Assembly (NCBI GenBank): GCA_964559795.1
Contig: CAZLIX010000001.1
Coordinates: forward strand, 1-34,713
Source: Candidatus Micrarchaeota archaeon
Lineage (GTDB): Archaea; Micrarchaeota; Micrarchaeia; Anstonellales; Bilamarchaeaceae
Length of the DNA stretch: 34,713 nt
Direction of reading: 5' to 3'
In this document: positions 15,967 through 26,081 of the stretch, one piece after another
Layout of the letters: every line of letters begins with the position of its first letter
Numbering within the stretch: position 1 is the stretch's first letter
Program-made: the position numbers and the translations under genes
The notes under the pieces: generated by a model
The model's database searches: none
Seen by the model: only the letters and a program-made list of their open reading frames with translations
What the model was told of the DNA's origin: nothing

Positions 15967-16650
15967 ATGGTAAAAATGAAAATTTCAACAAAAAAAACAA
16001 CTAGCTGCATAAATTTTTTTAAAAAAACCGCTCTTATAGCATTAGGAGCTGTTTTCATTTCCTGTTCTTTTAAATCTTACGACACAATTCAAAAATTAGA
16101 TTTTGAAATCAAGAGCAAGACTTCTGCAAGGCTTGAAGGGTTATTTGATGAATTTGATAAATATAAAAAAAATGACGATGTAATATCCCAAATAATAATC
16201 TGTAAGGATATTGCAACAATTCTTGATATGGAATCAAATAGTGATGATCCTGTAATTAAAAATATTGCTTCAAAATACTATCCTGACGCAGTGAATAATT
16301 GCGGTTTTTTTGATTTTAGGCTATTAAATATAATTGAAAATGCAATGCAGAGCAATTCAAAAGAGATAAGAATCAACTCCTCAAAATCAATCCCAATCCT
16401 CGTTTTTCATTTAAAAACATCTTTTCCTGATTCAGAAATTTGTTTTTGGTCAAATTTATTTCTTTCAAATCCAAACTATTTCAAACCAAATAAAATAAGA
16501 TTTGGATTTAATCAAAAGGATAGCATCTATAAAATTTTTTCAATTCTATCCATTGCATCAAATGATCAGACTATAGAAGTAAGGGATAATCTTAATGAAG
16601 CAATAAGGATTCTTTTCAATTCAAATCCAAATAGTATATTAAAAGATTAA
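15967..16650 (+). CDS. Hypothetical protein with N-terminal signal/lipobox-like anchor and HEAT/ARM-like helical repeats
   Basis: Hydrophobic segment ALIALGAVFISC followed by a helical repeat-like sequence (SNSKEIRINSSKSIPILV, SNDQTIEVRDNLNEAIRILF). No recognisable catalytic motif. Confidence 0.45.
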   Translation: MVKMKISTKKTTSCINFFKKTALIALGAVFISCSFKSYDTIQKLDFEIKSKTSARLEGLFDEFDKYKKNDDVISQIIICKDIATILDMESNSDDPVIKNIASKYYPDAVNNCGFFDFRLLNIIENAMQSNSKEIRINSSKSIPILVFHLKTSFPDSEICFWSNLFLSNPNYFKPNKIRFGFNQKDSIYKIFSILSIASNDQTIEVRDNLNEAIRILFNSNPNSILKD

Positions 16651-16724
16651 TTTTTTAAAAAAACAACATATTTTTAAATACTAATCCTTATTATTATTTC
16701 CACAAATTTCCTATCAGTGATAAC

Positions 16725-17234
16725 ATGGATTTAGAAGAACCAAAAGACGAAATAAAAAAACTTGAAGAAAGAAAAATCTTTCTAATACAATCTATAAAAA
16801 GGCTCAATGATAGGAAAAAATATAAATCATACGAGCAAAAAGCATTAGAGCCATTCGTTGAAAAAACAAAAGATGTCAGAACAGGGGAGATAAGAAGAGG
16901 AATAAAAACCCTCGAATTTCGAATAACAACCCAGGCATACACTCCAAAAAAAGAAAAGGATTTGATAAAAGAACTAAAAAAACTTGAATCAGACTATTCA
17001 AAAGTAAAAGAGGTCGAAAGGGCAAGAAGAAAGCTTTCATTGGTTTCTTCTGATTTAATCCAAATAGATGCAGAAATTTTGAAAATAGAAGAAGAACTTA
17101 AAAAAATAAGAGGCGTTCTTCAAGAGCATTATAAAAAGCAAAAATTCAATAAGTTTGCAAAAAATAAGAGCGTTACAATAGGAAAGCAGGAAGAAGAGTT
17201 TTCATTAATGGATCTTGCAGGTCTTGAAAATTAA
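16725..17234 (+). CDS. Archaeal coiled-coil protein (COG1340-like)
   Basis: Highly charged heptad-rich sequence with the central LEFRITTQAYTPKKEKDLIKELKKLE segment typical of this archaeal family (from memory). Confidence 0.5.
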   Translation: MDLEEPKDEIKKLEERKIFLIQSIKRLNDRKKYKSYEQKALEPFVEKTKDVRTGEIRRGIKTLEFRITTQAYTPKKEKDLIKELKKLESDYSKVKEVERARRKLSLVSSDLIQIDAEILKIEEELKKIRGVLQEHYKKQKFNKFAKNKSVTIGKQEEEFSLMDLAGLEN

Positions 17235-17288
17235 TACATTTCCAAACTTATTTAAACACTTTCTTATGTTATAATAAATTAGATAGTT

Positions 17289-18518
17289 ATGATTACAAGT
17301 AATGAAATAATATCACTTATTTATAATGGTGAAACACAAAAAATAATGGACCGCGGTATAGAATCAGCGGATTTATTATTTGAAATATTAAAAGATCCTA
17401 CTGCAATCATATGCTATTCCTTGTATTATAATACTTCTAGTGGGGCTATTAATTTTCAAGTAAATAATATACTTGCTCAAATCGCAAAAAAAGAAGATGC
17501 TGTTTTTTTAAAACTAATACATAACCTCAAATCCGAAAATTATCCTCTAATAAAAAACAGCATAATCGTCCTTGGCATAGTGGCAGATAAAAGAGCTACT
17601 ATCCCATTGCTAGTCTCATTTTTAAATTTAAGTGAGAATCATCAAAGTGAAATAATCCAGTCTCTTGGAAAAATTGCAAAATGCAATGAAGAATCCTTTA
17701 ATTTTTTACACAAAATATTTTTTGATTTAGAATTCATCCATTTCAAAAAACTCGGACCATTTTGTGCGCTTGCTCTTGGGCTTTGCGGATTTTCAGAGGT
17801 TTCGAACTATCTTTTTTCCAATAAATTTGAAAATGGCAATCTAGATAATCTGCGCGATGGTGCTATAGCTGAAATATGTAAAAATGACCCAAATACATTT
17901 AGAAAGGTTATAGAGGGGCTTTTTGAAGAAAACCCCAAAAGCAGCATGTGCACACGTATTTTGCTCATTTTATATCACGATCCACAATGCAACTTTTCGA
18001 GCCTTTTTACAGGATTTTTAGATGAAAATAATACTCTTTCTCAAAAATGCCTATTGCTTCTTGAAAAAAAAGGCCTTTTTTTAGAACATGCGAAAATATG
18101 CGCAATTCGTATTCTTGCAAACCTCAAAGATAAAACCTCTGTTGATCTTTTGATTTCACTGATGCTAAAAAAAGATAGGGATCTTTCACATGAGGCTGCA
18201 AAGGCACTTGAACAAATAAATGATTCGAAAGGATTGTCATTAAAGAAAATTATTTATGATAAGGACAAGGAATATATCAGAATGGTCGGACTCAAACATT
18301 CAATAGTGGTACTCTGCGAGTATCTTCATATAATAGAGGGATGCATTACAAAAGAAGAGCAAAATTTGATTAAAATAGAATTCTTATCTCTTTTTAGAAA
18401 TTCAATCAACAGTTCAGTAAAAAACAAATCTGAACTTGATTTACTCCATTCTTCCATAAGAAGAAAACCACCAATATTACATAACAGGGCATTACGTATG
18501 CGTTCTTGCAATTTTTAA
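17289..18518 (+). CDS. HEAT-repeat (PBS-lyase-like) protein, function unknown
   Basis: Repeated pattern such as [23 protein letters not shown] and [41 protein letters not shown]. Confidence 0.5.
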   Translation: MITSNEIISLIYNGETQKIMDRGIESADLLFEILKDPTAIICYSLYYNTSSGAINFQVNNILAQIAKKEDAVFLKLIHNLKSENYPLIKNSIIVLGIVADKRATIPLLVSFLNLSENHQSEIIQSLGKIAKCNEESFNFLHKIFFDLEFIHFKKLGPFCALALGLCGFSEVSNYLFSNKFENGNLDNLRDGAIAEICKNDPNTFRKVIEGLFEENPKSSMCTRILLILYHDPQCNFSSLFTGFLDENNTLSQKCLLLLEKKGLFLEHAKICAIRILANLKDKTSVDLLISLMLKKDRDLSHEAAKALEQINDSKGLSLKKIIYDKDKEYIRMVGLKHSIVVLCEYLHIIEGCITKEEQNLIKIEFLSLFRNSINSSVKNKSELDLLHSSIRRKPPILHNRALRMRSCNF

Positions 18519-18577
18519 AATTGCAGGCATTTGGTTTATATATTTTTTCCCATCCAAATACTATTAAGAGGTTACAT

Positions 18578-19459
18578 ATGCAAGATAAAGACTTTTTATT
18601 AAAATCTGGCTTAGCTCAAATGCTAAAAGGCGGGGTAATAATGGATGTTACAAACTCAGAGCAGGCAAAAATTGCAGAAAAAGCAGGCGCAGTAAGCGTT
18701 ATGGCGCTTGAAAGGGTTCCAGCAGATATAAGGGCCCAAGGAGGAGTTGCAAGAATGTCTGATCCAAAAATGATTCTTGAAATAAAAAAAGCAGTAACAA
18801 TTCCAGTAATGGCAAAATGTAGGATAGGCCATTTTGCAGAAGCGCAGGTTCTTGAAGCAATAAAAGTAGATTATATAGATGAAAGCGAAGTTTTAACCCC
18901 TGCAGATGATAAATACCATATTCAAAAATATAAATTTAAAGTTCCATTCGTATGTGGCGCAAGAAATTTGGGAGAAGCCCTAAGAAGAATAAATGAAGGG
19001 GCGGCAATGATAAGAACAAAAGGAGAAGCAGGATCAGGAAATATCGTTGAGGCAGTAAAACATATAAGAACAATAAAAGAAGAAATAGAATCCCTTGAAA
19101 AAATGTCTGCAAAAGAACTCGAGAAGTGTGCAAAAGATTATAAGGTTCCATTAGAATTGGTAAAAAAAGTCAAAGAATTAAAAAGGCTTCCAGTAGTAAA
19201 TTTTGCAGCAGGAGGAATTGCAACCCCTGCAGATGCTGCGCTTTGTATGCAGCTTGGCGTTGATGGCGTTTTTGTTGGTTCTGGAATTTTTAAATCACAA
19301 GACCCGCAAAAAAGGGCAAAGGCAATAGTTGATGCAACAGCCCATTTTAATGATCCTTTAAGTGTTGCAAAAGCTTCAGAAGGCTTAGGAGATGCGATGA
19401 GAGGGCTTGATATTGCATCAATGAAAGAAGAAGACAGGCTTGCAAAAAGAGGAATCTGA
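18578..19459 (+). CDS. pdxS: Pyridoxal 5'-phosphate synthase, synthase subunit
   Basis: [74 protein letters not shown] 18578 is preceded by AAGAGG; the tracked 18506 start is an upstream extension. Confidence 0.95.
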   Translation: MQDKDFLLKSGLAQMLKGGVIMDVTNSEQAKIAEKAGAVSVMALERVPADIRAQGGVARMSDPKMILEIKKAVTIPVMAKCRIGHFAEAQVLEAIKVDYIDESEVLTPADDKYHIQKYKFKVPFVCGARNLGEALRRINEGAAMIRTKGEAGSGNIVEAVKHIRTIKEEIESLEKMSAKELEKCAKDYKVPLELVKKVKELKRLPVVNFAAGGIATPADAALCMQLGVDGVFVGSGIFKSQDPQKRAKAIVDATAHFNDPLSVAKASEGLGDAMRGLDIASMKEEDRLAKRGI

Positions 19460-20219
19460 ATTGAAATACTATTCTTTTTTAAAAAAGCTTACCTTTGATG
19501 CAGGAAAGATAATTGAAAGAGGGTATTTTGGAAAAATAGAATACAGTGAAAAAAACCCACAAGACTATGTTACTCAATTTGATTTTCAAACTGAAAAATT
19601 CCTAAAAGAAAAAATCGCAGAAAAATTTCCATACCACGATATTCTTGCAGAGGAAAGCGGACAAGAAAATATTTCTTCAAAATATCAATGGATAATAGAT
19701 CCAATAGATGGGACAACTAATTTTATTCATAAAATTCCATTGTGCGCAATTTCAATTGCACTTGAATATAAAAAAACCCCTATTGCAGGCGCAATATACA
19801 ATCCCATAACAAAAGAACTATTTTATGCAGAAAAAGGAAAAGGCGCATATCTAAATGGGAAAAAAATTCATATAAAATCAGATAAAAAAATGGAAAACTG
19901 GTTTCTTGCATGGTGTTATCCAGATTCAATGCGAAATGAAAAAAATGTAAAAAAAATATTTCGGCTTTTTTATCCAAAATGCCTTAGGGTTACAAAGCTT
20001 GGAAGCGCTGCAATTGAGCTTGCTTATGTTTCTTCTGGAAGAATAGATGGTTATATTTCAATAGGCCTGAAAAAATGGGATTATGCGGCAGGAGAGCTTA
20101 TAGTTTCTGAGGCAGGCGGAATTCTTTTAAAAGAAAAGCTTGGAAAAGACACCCTTTTCATTGCTTCTTCAAAAGAAAACGCCAAGAAAATACTTCGGAT
20201 GATTAAAAATGGAATTTAA
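19440..20219 (+). CDS. suhB: Inositol monophosphatase / fructose-1,6-bisphosphatase family phosphatase (start uncertain: TTG 19440 or TTG 19461)
   Basis: [27 protein letters not shown] motifs. There is no in-frame ATG near the 5' end. Confidence 0.85.
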   Translation: MQKEESELKYYSFLKKLTFDAGKIIERGYFGKIEYSEKNPQDYVTQFDFQTEKFLKEKIAEKFPYHDILAEESGQENISSKYQWIIDPIDGTTNFIHKIPLCAISIALEYKKTPIAGAIYNPITKELFYAEKGKGAYLNGKKIHIKSDKKMENWFLAWCYPDSMRNEKNVKKIFRLFYPKCLRVTKLGSAAIELAYVSSGRIDGYISIGLKKWDYAAGELIVSEAGGILLKEKLGKDTLFIASSKENAKKILRMIKNGI

Positions 20220-20772
20220 GATCGGAATTTTAGCTCTTCAAGGAGATGTAATAGAGCATATCAATGCAACAAAAAATGCAATAAAAGAACTAGGTATTGA
20301 TGCAAAAGCAATTGAAGTAAGAACAAAAAAAGATCTTGAAAATTTAGATGCTCTTATAATTCCAGGAGGAGAAAGCACAACCCTAATGAAGCTTCTTGCA
20401 AGAGAAGATATGATTGAAAAAATCAGAAAAATAAAAAACATCTTTGGAACCTGCGCTGGCGCAATTTTAATTTCAAAATCTCATCTCAACCTTATGGATA
20501 TTGAAATTGAAAGAAATGCCTATGGTTCGCAGCTTGATTCATTTTCAAAAAAAATCTGGTCTGTTTTTGGAGATATTGAAGGTATTTTCATAAGGGCTCC
20601 GAAAATAAAATCATTTTGTAGCAGTGTTACAATATTTGCAAAAGATAAAAATGAGGTAGTTGGAGTCGAACAAGAAAAAAATGGCAAGTACTATCTTGCA
20701 ATTGCATTCCACCCCGAACTGATAAACACCTCAGTCCATAAGTATTTTCTTAGAAAAATAAAAGGAAATTAG
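20209..20772 (+). CDS. pdxT: Pyridoxal 5'-phosphate synthase, glutaminase subunit
   Basis: IGILALQGDVIEH, LIIPGGESTT, GTCAGAILIS (catalytic Cys), FHPEL. Confidence 0.9.
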   Translation: MEFKIGILALQGDVIEHINATKNAIKELGIDAKAIEVRTKKDLENLDALIIPGGESTTLMKLLAREDMIEKIRKIKNIFGTCAGAILISKSHLNLMDIEIERNAYGSQLDSFSKKIWSVFGDIEGIFIRAPKIKSFCSSVTIFAKDKNEVVGVEQEKNGKYYLAIAFHPELINTSVHKYFLRKIKGN

Positions 20773-21611
20773 TTAATTGGCTTTATAGGAATTAATACTG
20801 CGCATCCTACATTTTTTGCAACGCTGCTTTGTATAATTTGTAAAGAATACTCGCTGTCAAAAACATGTATTTGTGCATCTTTTTTAGGATACTTTTCTTT
20901 TAGTTGTATAATCGCGTTGCCAATAGGGCGCAAGCTTGTCACCCCAACAGCAATTTTTAATGGATCTTCTGTTGCTTTAAATAAATGTTTTAGAACATTA
21001 ATTGTAATTTGTGAAATATTTTCCGGTATTTCTCTTTTATAAAAGCCATTTACAAGCCTTATTGCAGGCCTTTCGCCATTATTAAGTGAAATAATATCAC
21101 TAATCATTTTATATGTCTCTTTTAGATATATTGTTGGTAAAGTTATTCCAATAAATTTATAAAATTCAATTAATCTTGGAAGCATATTTGAAATAAATAA
21201 TATTTGATCATTTTTTTCGCAATCAATCCAACAGTTCATATTATTATTCTTACATCCATTTAATATCTCAGTTAAATTTGCGATGGTATTTTTCTTTCTT
21301 TCTTCATAACCTTGTAATGAAAAGCCAAGTTGCGAAAGCCTTAAAGAAATTGAAATATCTTCAATTTTGTTAGTAGAAATATGATCTATTGTGGTTTGAT
21401 ATTTTGCGCATACTCTTTTAATTTGCTCGTTGCCGTATAAATTTTCATCTTCTATTGTAAGTATAGCCTTTCCACCAATTTCAGTTATCTTTTTTGCCCT
21501 TTCTAAAGCAGCATTAAGGGTTTTTTGCATATATTTCTCATTAACTAAAGAAAGATAAGGTACCCCTGCCTTTAAAAATAATGTTCGTCCAGTTCCTGGT
21601 TTAAATTTCAT
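20769..21611 (-). CDS. Hypothetical protein, possibly a divergent proline-dehydrogenase-like TIM barrel
   Basis: Weak by-eye resemblance to PF01619 landmarks: AILTIEDENL (cf. iDmEd), IGITLPTIYLKETY (cf. gvvlQaYL) and AIRLVNGFYKRE (cf. vRLVKGAY.E). Confidence 0.3.
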   Translation of the reverse strand: MKFKPGTGRTLFLKAGVPYLSLVNEKYMQKTLNAALERAKKITEIGGKAILTIEDENLYGNEQIKRVCAKYQTTIDHISTNKIEDISISLRLSQLGFSLQGYEERKKNTIANLTEILNGCKNNNMNCWIDCEKNDQILFISNMLPRLIEFYKFIGITLPTIYLKETYKMISDIISLNNGERPAIRLVNGFYKREIPENISQITINVLKHLFKATEDPLKIAVGVTSLRPIGNAIIQLKEKYPKKDAQIHVFDSEYSLQIIQSSVAKNVGCAVLIPIKPIN

Positions 21612-21675
21612 AAAAAAACCTCAACGTTAATGTGTTTGGAAATGTTTTAATATTTACTCTTTTTTAGTAAATATG

Positions 21676-22575
21676 CTATTTAGTTAATATCTCAGCACCA
21701 TTTTTAGTTATATATAACGTATGTTCGGCCTGTGATACAATCCCATCCCCAGAATCCTTTAAAATAGGGTAAGCCCTGATTATTTGTTCTCTTAATAGCT
21801 CTTTTAATGCAGCAGAAACAGCAAGCCTTGATGGGAATTTTTTATTCAGCCATCTTTCAGAAAAAGGCAAAAGCCCGTATTCATTGATAATATGATTTAA
21901 AATTTGTCTCGATTGCCTCATTTTCACAGTGTTCATTGAATATAAGCTAAATATTTCAACTTGGTCTAAATCTGAAACAAATCCAGACCCCGTGCTTGCA
22001 AAAGGCTCAATTGCATAAACTTCTCCTTCTTGTATTTCATAAGGATCACTTGTCTTGACATTTGGAACATCAATTCCTGCATGCAAAAGGCCTGTTATTA
22101 TCTTATGTCCAGTGAGATTTGAAATAGGCTTAAAACCAAAAGATTTTATTTTTTCTTCTACAACCCCACCAATTTCCCCTATTTTTACTCCTGGTTTTAA
22201 AAATTTTATTGCCTCATCAAGGGCCTCTTTTGATGCATTGACCAATGTTTCGTATTTTCCAGATAAATCAATAGTATATGCAGTATCTCCTAATCCTCCA
22301 TTTACATCTACTCCCAAATCTATCTTGACAACATCTTCATCTTCAAGCAATTTTTCATATGTTTTTTCAGGTGTAAAATGTGCAGCAAATGAGTTTATTG
22401 AAATATTTACAGGAAATGCTGGCCTTCCGCCTTCATCAAAAATCATTTTTTCAATGGTTTCTGCAATATCCAAAATACTTTCACCAGGCATTATAAGCTT
22501 TTTGCTTTCCTCTCTTATTTGGCTCGCAATTTTTCCAGCACTCCTAAAATCATCTATATTAATTTCATCATTCAT
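21676..22575 (-). CDS. map: Methionine aminopeptidase, type 2 (archaeal)
   Basis: FRSAGKIASQIRE, AFPVNISIN..AAHFTP, KIDLGVDVNG, GHKI, YAIEPFAS, QAEHT. Confidence 0.9.
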   Translation of the reverse strand: MNDEINIDDFRSAGKIASQIREESKKLIMPGESILDIAETIEKMIFDEGGRPAFPVNISINSFAAHFTPEKTYEKLLEDEDVVKIDLGVDVNGGLGDTAYTIDLSGKYETLVNASKEALDEAIKFLKPGVKIGEIGGVVEEKIKSFGFKPISNLTGHKIITGLLHAGIDVPNVKTSDPYEIQEGEVYAIEPFASTGSGFVSDLDQVEIFSLYSMNTVKMRQSRQILNHIINEYGLLPFSERWLNKKFPSRLAVSAALKELLREQIIRAYPILKDSGDGIVSQAEHTLYITKNGAEILTK

Positions 22576-22624
22576 AATAATCCAATATATCTTAGGATAG
22601 AAAAATATTAAATTAGATTTAAAT

Positions 22625-23941
22625 TTAAATATTTGATTTTATTAATTCAAAAATGCATCTGTGCATCTCATAAAGTTTTTTGTCATCTTTATATTCCATA
22701 GTTAATCTGATATATGGTTCTGTTCCAGAAGCCCTTATCAAAAACCAGCCGTCTTTTTGGTCGATTCTTATGCCATCATCGACCCTTTTTTCGCCTTCAA
22801 TATTTATTTTTCCTTTTATTTTTTCAACTACTTCATATTTTTTTGAATTTTCACATTCAAATTTTTCTCTTACTATTGGGTGCTGCGCATACTTTTTGAT
22901 GAGCTTTGAAAATTTGCCACACCTGCAAAAAATTTCTGCAAATTTTGCCCCGGTTAAAATTCCATCAGGAGAACTGACCCCATTTTTAAATATATACTCT
23001 CCACAAGGTTCTCCTCCAAATATTCCATTATCTTTTTTCATTTCCTTTGATACAAATATGCTTCCGACAGGGGTTATTGCATATTCTGCGTTATTTTTTT
23101 CAATAGCCTCTTTCACAATTAAGGATGCTTCTATAGTAGTCACTACCTTTTTTTCCCCAGCTAATCCTGCAATTTCATTTTCTATTATTAATGCCAATTG
23201 AACATCAAAAGGAAGAATGCAGCCAGTTTCATCAACAACTATTGCCCTGTCCGCATCCCCATCATACCCAATCCCAAAATCCGCTCCAGTTTCAATTACT
23301 TTTTTCAAAAGACCAGATAAATTTTTTTTATTTGGTTCAGAGGCCCTTTCAAATTTTTCAATGGAAGTGTTTATTGGAATAACCTTGCATCCTATCTCTT
23401 CCATTAATTTAGGAGCTATTAAAGATGCAGGCCCATTGCAATCAAGAACTACTTTTGGATTTTTCTTTTTTATTAAATCAATATCAATCATTTTTTTTAT
23501 TAGTTTTATATGGTCTAAAACAGCATCTTCATATTTTTGTATTTTTCCAATTTTATTCCAACTGCAAAATGCAATATCCTCATTTTTGTATTTTTCTGCA
23601 ATTTCAAGTTCTCGTTCCTTTGGAATTTCCCCTCCTTTAAAAAAAAATTTTAATCCATTATATTCAGGAGGATTATGCGAAGCAGTGATCATTATTCCAT
23701 CGCAATTCATATTTTTTGATGCTAATGCAAGCGTAGGGGTTGTTGCAATTCCAATGTCTATCACATCATATCCTTTTGATAGTATCCCAGATATTAATGC
23801 CATTGATAATGTTTTTCCAGATTTTCTAATATCTCTTGCAACAACTACTGTTTCTTTTGGGAAAATATTTCCAATTTTTACTGCTAATTCCTCATTAACT
23901 TCTTTTCCATAAATTCCACGTATACCTGAAGTTCCAAACAT
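22625..23941 (-). CDS. glmM: Phosphohexomutase family enzyme (phosphoglucosamine mutase / phosphomannomutase)
   Basis: MFGTSGIRG, ITASHNPPEYNGLK (phosphoserine loop), GIGYDGDADR (Mg site), GGEPCGE, RASGTEP. Substrate specificity is not decidable by eye. Confidence 0.85.
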   Translation of the reverse strand: MFGTSGIRGIYGKEVNEELAVKIGNIFPKETVVVARDIRKSGKTLSMALISGILSKGYDVIDIGIATTPTLALASKNMNCDGIMITASHNPPEYNGLKFFFKGGEIPKERELEIAEKYKNEDIAFCSWNKIGKIQKYEDAVLDHIKLIKKMIDIDLIKKKNPKVVLDCNGPASLIAPKLMEEIGCKVIPINTSIEKFERASEPNKKNLSGLLKKVIETGADFGIGYDGDADRAIVVDETGCILPFDVQLALIIENEIAGLAGEKKVVTTIEASLIVKEAIEKNNAEYAITPVGSIFVSKEMKKDNGIFGGEPCGEYIFKNGVSSPDGILTGAKFAEIFCRCGKFSKLIKKYAQHPIVREKFECENSKKYEVVEKIKGKINIEGEKRVDDGIRIDQKDGWFLIRASGTEPYIRLTMEYKDDKKLYEMHRCIFELIKSNI

Positions 23942-24043
23942 AAAATATTGCTCCTATAAAAACAATATGATATTGCAAATTTAAAACATTTCGCTCTTAT
24001 GGAACTAATCTTTATAAATATGCTCCATACAGTATCAATCTAG

Positions 24044-25102
24044 TTAAAAAAGATTTTTAAAAAAGTGCGCAAGCAAATTAAAATTAATCATTTTAGAAGG
24101 TTTATCCATATCTCCATTATATGAGATATATTCATCTAATTTATATCTTTTTATAAATCTGGCAATGCCTGTCAATTCCTTCCAGTTCCTTTTTTCTAAA
24201 AACTTTTGGGCAAAACTATGCATTTTAAATTCAAAACCTAACTTTTTTCTCCACTCCTTTTCATATTTTATAGGATCATTTGCATAAATCCCTGCAATTT
24301 TTGCGCAAGTTCCACCCAAAATAACCCCGCCACCCGTAGTTGATTTTACCTGTCCGGCCGCATCTCCAACCAATATAATATTTCTATTTTTGATTTTTAT
24401 CCCAGTTTTAATTCTCGTTTTTATAGGTATTATAGAATAATTTATTTTCTCGCATCTAGCTCCTATTTTTTTTTCAAAATTTTTAAAAACTCCATAAATA
24501 TTATTTGGAAGGACTGTTCCGCACCCAATCTCGCATTCTTCTTCATTTTGTGGTATAATCCATCCAAAAAAACCATTAAACATTTCATTAGAATAATACA
24601 AATAAACTTTATTTTGGTCATTCGCCTTGTATTTTATTTTTGATTTTGCAGCAGATATAAATTTTTCAATTTTTGGAAAATTAAAAAACTCTGCAACATT
24701 AGAATTTGGCCCGTCAGCTCCAATTATATTTTCAAACCTGTTAAAATCAACAATTCTTTCATTTAATTTTATTTTTACCCCTTCTTTTTCAGCATTTAAA
24801 TAAAGGCCGTTATCAAATTCGCTTCTTGGAATAAGATATGCAACATCTTCTTTTTTTTCAACAATTATTTTTTCATCAGCAAGATCTATTACTGCCCCAT
24901 TAAATCTATTTTTTATTAATTTTTTATAATCTATGAATTCTTTAAGTGTTTCAAGGCCGGTTTTTGAAAAAAGCCCGGAGCAATTTTCACGTTTACCGCA
25001 AAAATCATGCTCCTCATATATAATCGGGCTAAACCCATTTCTTATTGCAGAAATTGAGCTTATAAGCCCAGAAGGTCCTGCCCCAATTATATTAACTTCC
25101 AT
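24044..25102 (-). CDS. Geranylgeranyl reductase family FAD-dependent oxidoreductase
   Basis: N-terminal dinucleotide fold NIIGAGPSG, GADGPNS, LVGDAAGQVKSTTGGGV. Confidence 0.8.
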   Translation of the reverse strand: MEVNIIGAGPSGLISSISAIRNGFSPIIYEEHDFCGKRENCSGLFSKTGLETLKEFIDYKKLIKNRFNGAVIDLADEKIIVEKKEDVAYLIPRSEFDNGLYLNAEKEGVKIKLNERIVDFNRFENIIGADGPNSNVAEFFNFPKIEKFISAAKSKIKYKANDQNKVYLYYSNEMFNGFFGWIIPQNEEECEIGCGTVLPNNIYGVFKNFEKKIGARCEKINYSIIPIKTRIKTGIKIKNRNIILVGDAAGQVKSTTGGGVILGGTCAKIAGIYANDPIKYEKEWRKKLGFEFKMHSFAQKFLEKRNWKELTGIARFIKRYKLDEYISYNGDMDKPSKMINFNLLAHFFKNLF

Positions 25103-25187
25103 AAAAAAATATCTAATATATTAATAAAAATGAATATGAAACAAGAAAAACAAACCTTTTTTAAATATTTTTTATAACATTCTAATT

Positions 25188-26081
25188 ATGTATAAGCAAC
25201 TTGAACTGCCCCTAAAACAAAAAAATAATACAGGAGATACAAAAGATATAAGAAAAACTATTCAAAGCGAAAAGCTTGGAAAAAAAGCAACCTTTTTTGC
25301 GATGGCTTTTTTAGCATCTGCTGTTATTTCTGGTCTTTGCTGCTCTATTTACGACATTACGCATAGCACAAAAAGATATTCAAATTCATCCACAGCGTCA
25401 AATTCATCCATCTGTTTTTTTAACGGTTTTGAATTTAACTTTAAGCAAAAAATAGAAGGAACATCCGATTTGGAATTATATTTGCAAAGGCTCCCCTATT
25501 CAATTAATTTAGAAAATCCATTTGTTTTAGAGGTGCTTGCGCAATCAGATTTTTATCTTTCAACTGTTCCACTTGGCTATTCTGAAAACAGTGGCAATAC
25601 AACTGTTTTGGGGCTGTGGTCTTATGATGATAAAAAAATAACCCTATTTAATGAGTCATTATATTACCATTCAAAGGAAAATGTTGCAGTGCATGAATTT
25701 TTGCATGCAATTTATAGTAATTTTGAAGAAAGCAAAAGGGAAGAATTAGATTCAATGCTGCTTTACTTAAAATGGCTTACAACTCAATTTGAAAATAATT
25801 CAATAGCTATTCTTGAAGAAAAAATGGGAAAATTAAATCCAATGGAAATATTATTTTTTCAAAATTTGAAAAATCTTTTAAATAAATACTCTGACGCTTC
25901 GCATTGTACAGAAATGTATGCAAATTTCGGTGAAGATATAGATATTGGGATACCGCTTCCTATTTTAGGTTTTTACAATGATATTCTTTCAGAGCAGTAT
26001 CTTTCAAATCACCTTTCAAATCCAAAAATACGATTTGATGAAATATTTTTTGAATATTTTAAAAGAAAACAATGTCTTTGA
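25188..26081 (+). CDS. Membrane-anchored hypothetical protein with HExxH motif (putative Zn metalloprotease)
   Basis: One TM helix (ATFFAMAFLASAVISGLCCSI) followed by a ~240-aa domain containing VAVHEFLHAIY. Confidence 0.35.
   Translation: MYKQLELPLKQKNNTGDTKDIRKTIQSEKLGKKATFFAMAFLASAVISGLCCSIYDITHSTKRYSNSSTASNSSICFFNGFEFNFKQKIEGTSDLELYLQRLPYSINLENPFVLEVLAQSDFYLSTVPLGYSENSGNTTVLGLWSYDDKKITLFNESLYYHSKENVAVHEFLHAIYSNFEESKREELDSMLLYLKWLTTQFENNSIAILEEKMGKLNPMEILFFQNLKNLLNKYSDASHCTEMYANFGEDIDIGIPLPILGFYNDILSEQYLSNHLSNPKIRFDEIFFEYFKRKQCL

Noticed and set aside
11261-18518. Possible integrated mobile element at the tRNA-Arg gene: tRNA followed by a surface protein, an excisionase-like HTH protein, PolB and hypotheticals.
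   Set aside because: - No integrase or recombinase is present.
- I found no direct repeat of the tRNA 3' half downstream.
- The PolB is of cellular length, with an intact exonuclease and a C-terminal PIP box.
- The only tRNA-like match (GGTTCAAATCC at 12305-12315) is an 11-mer of generic T-loop sequence inside a CDS, which is not significant.
22055-23912. Long plus-strand ORFs (22055-22600, 22680-23201, 23217-23912) opposite the map and phosphohexomutase genes. Similar antisense ORFs lie at 531-1061, 5797-6504, 15175-15624, 27702-28202 and 33114-33476.
   Set aside because: Their translations are low-complexity (F/S/I/L-rich) with no motifs. The opposite strand in each case encodes a full-length, motif-rich enzyme. 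These are classic shadow ORFs in AT-rich DNA.
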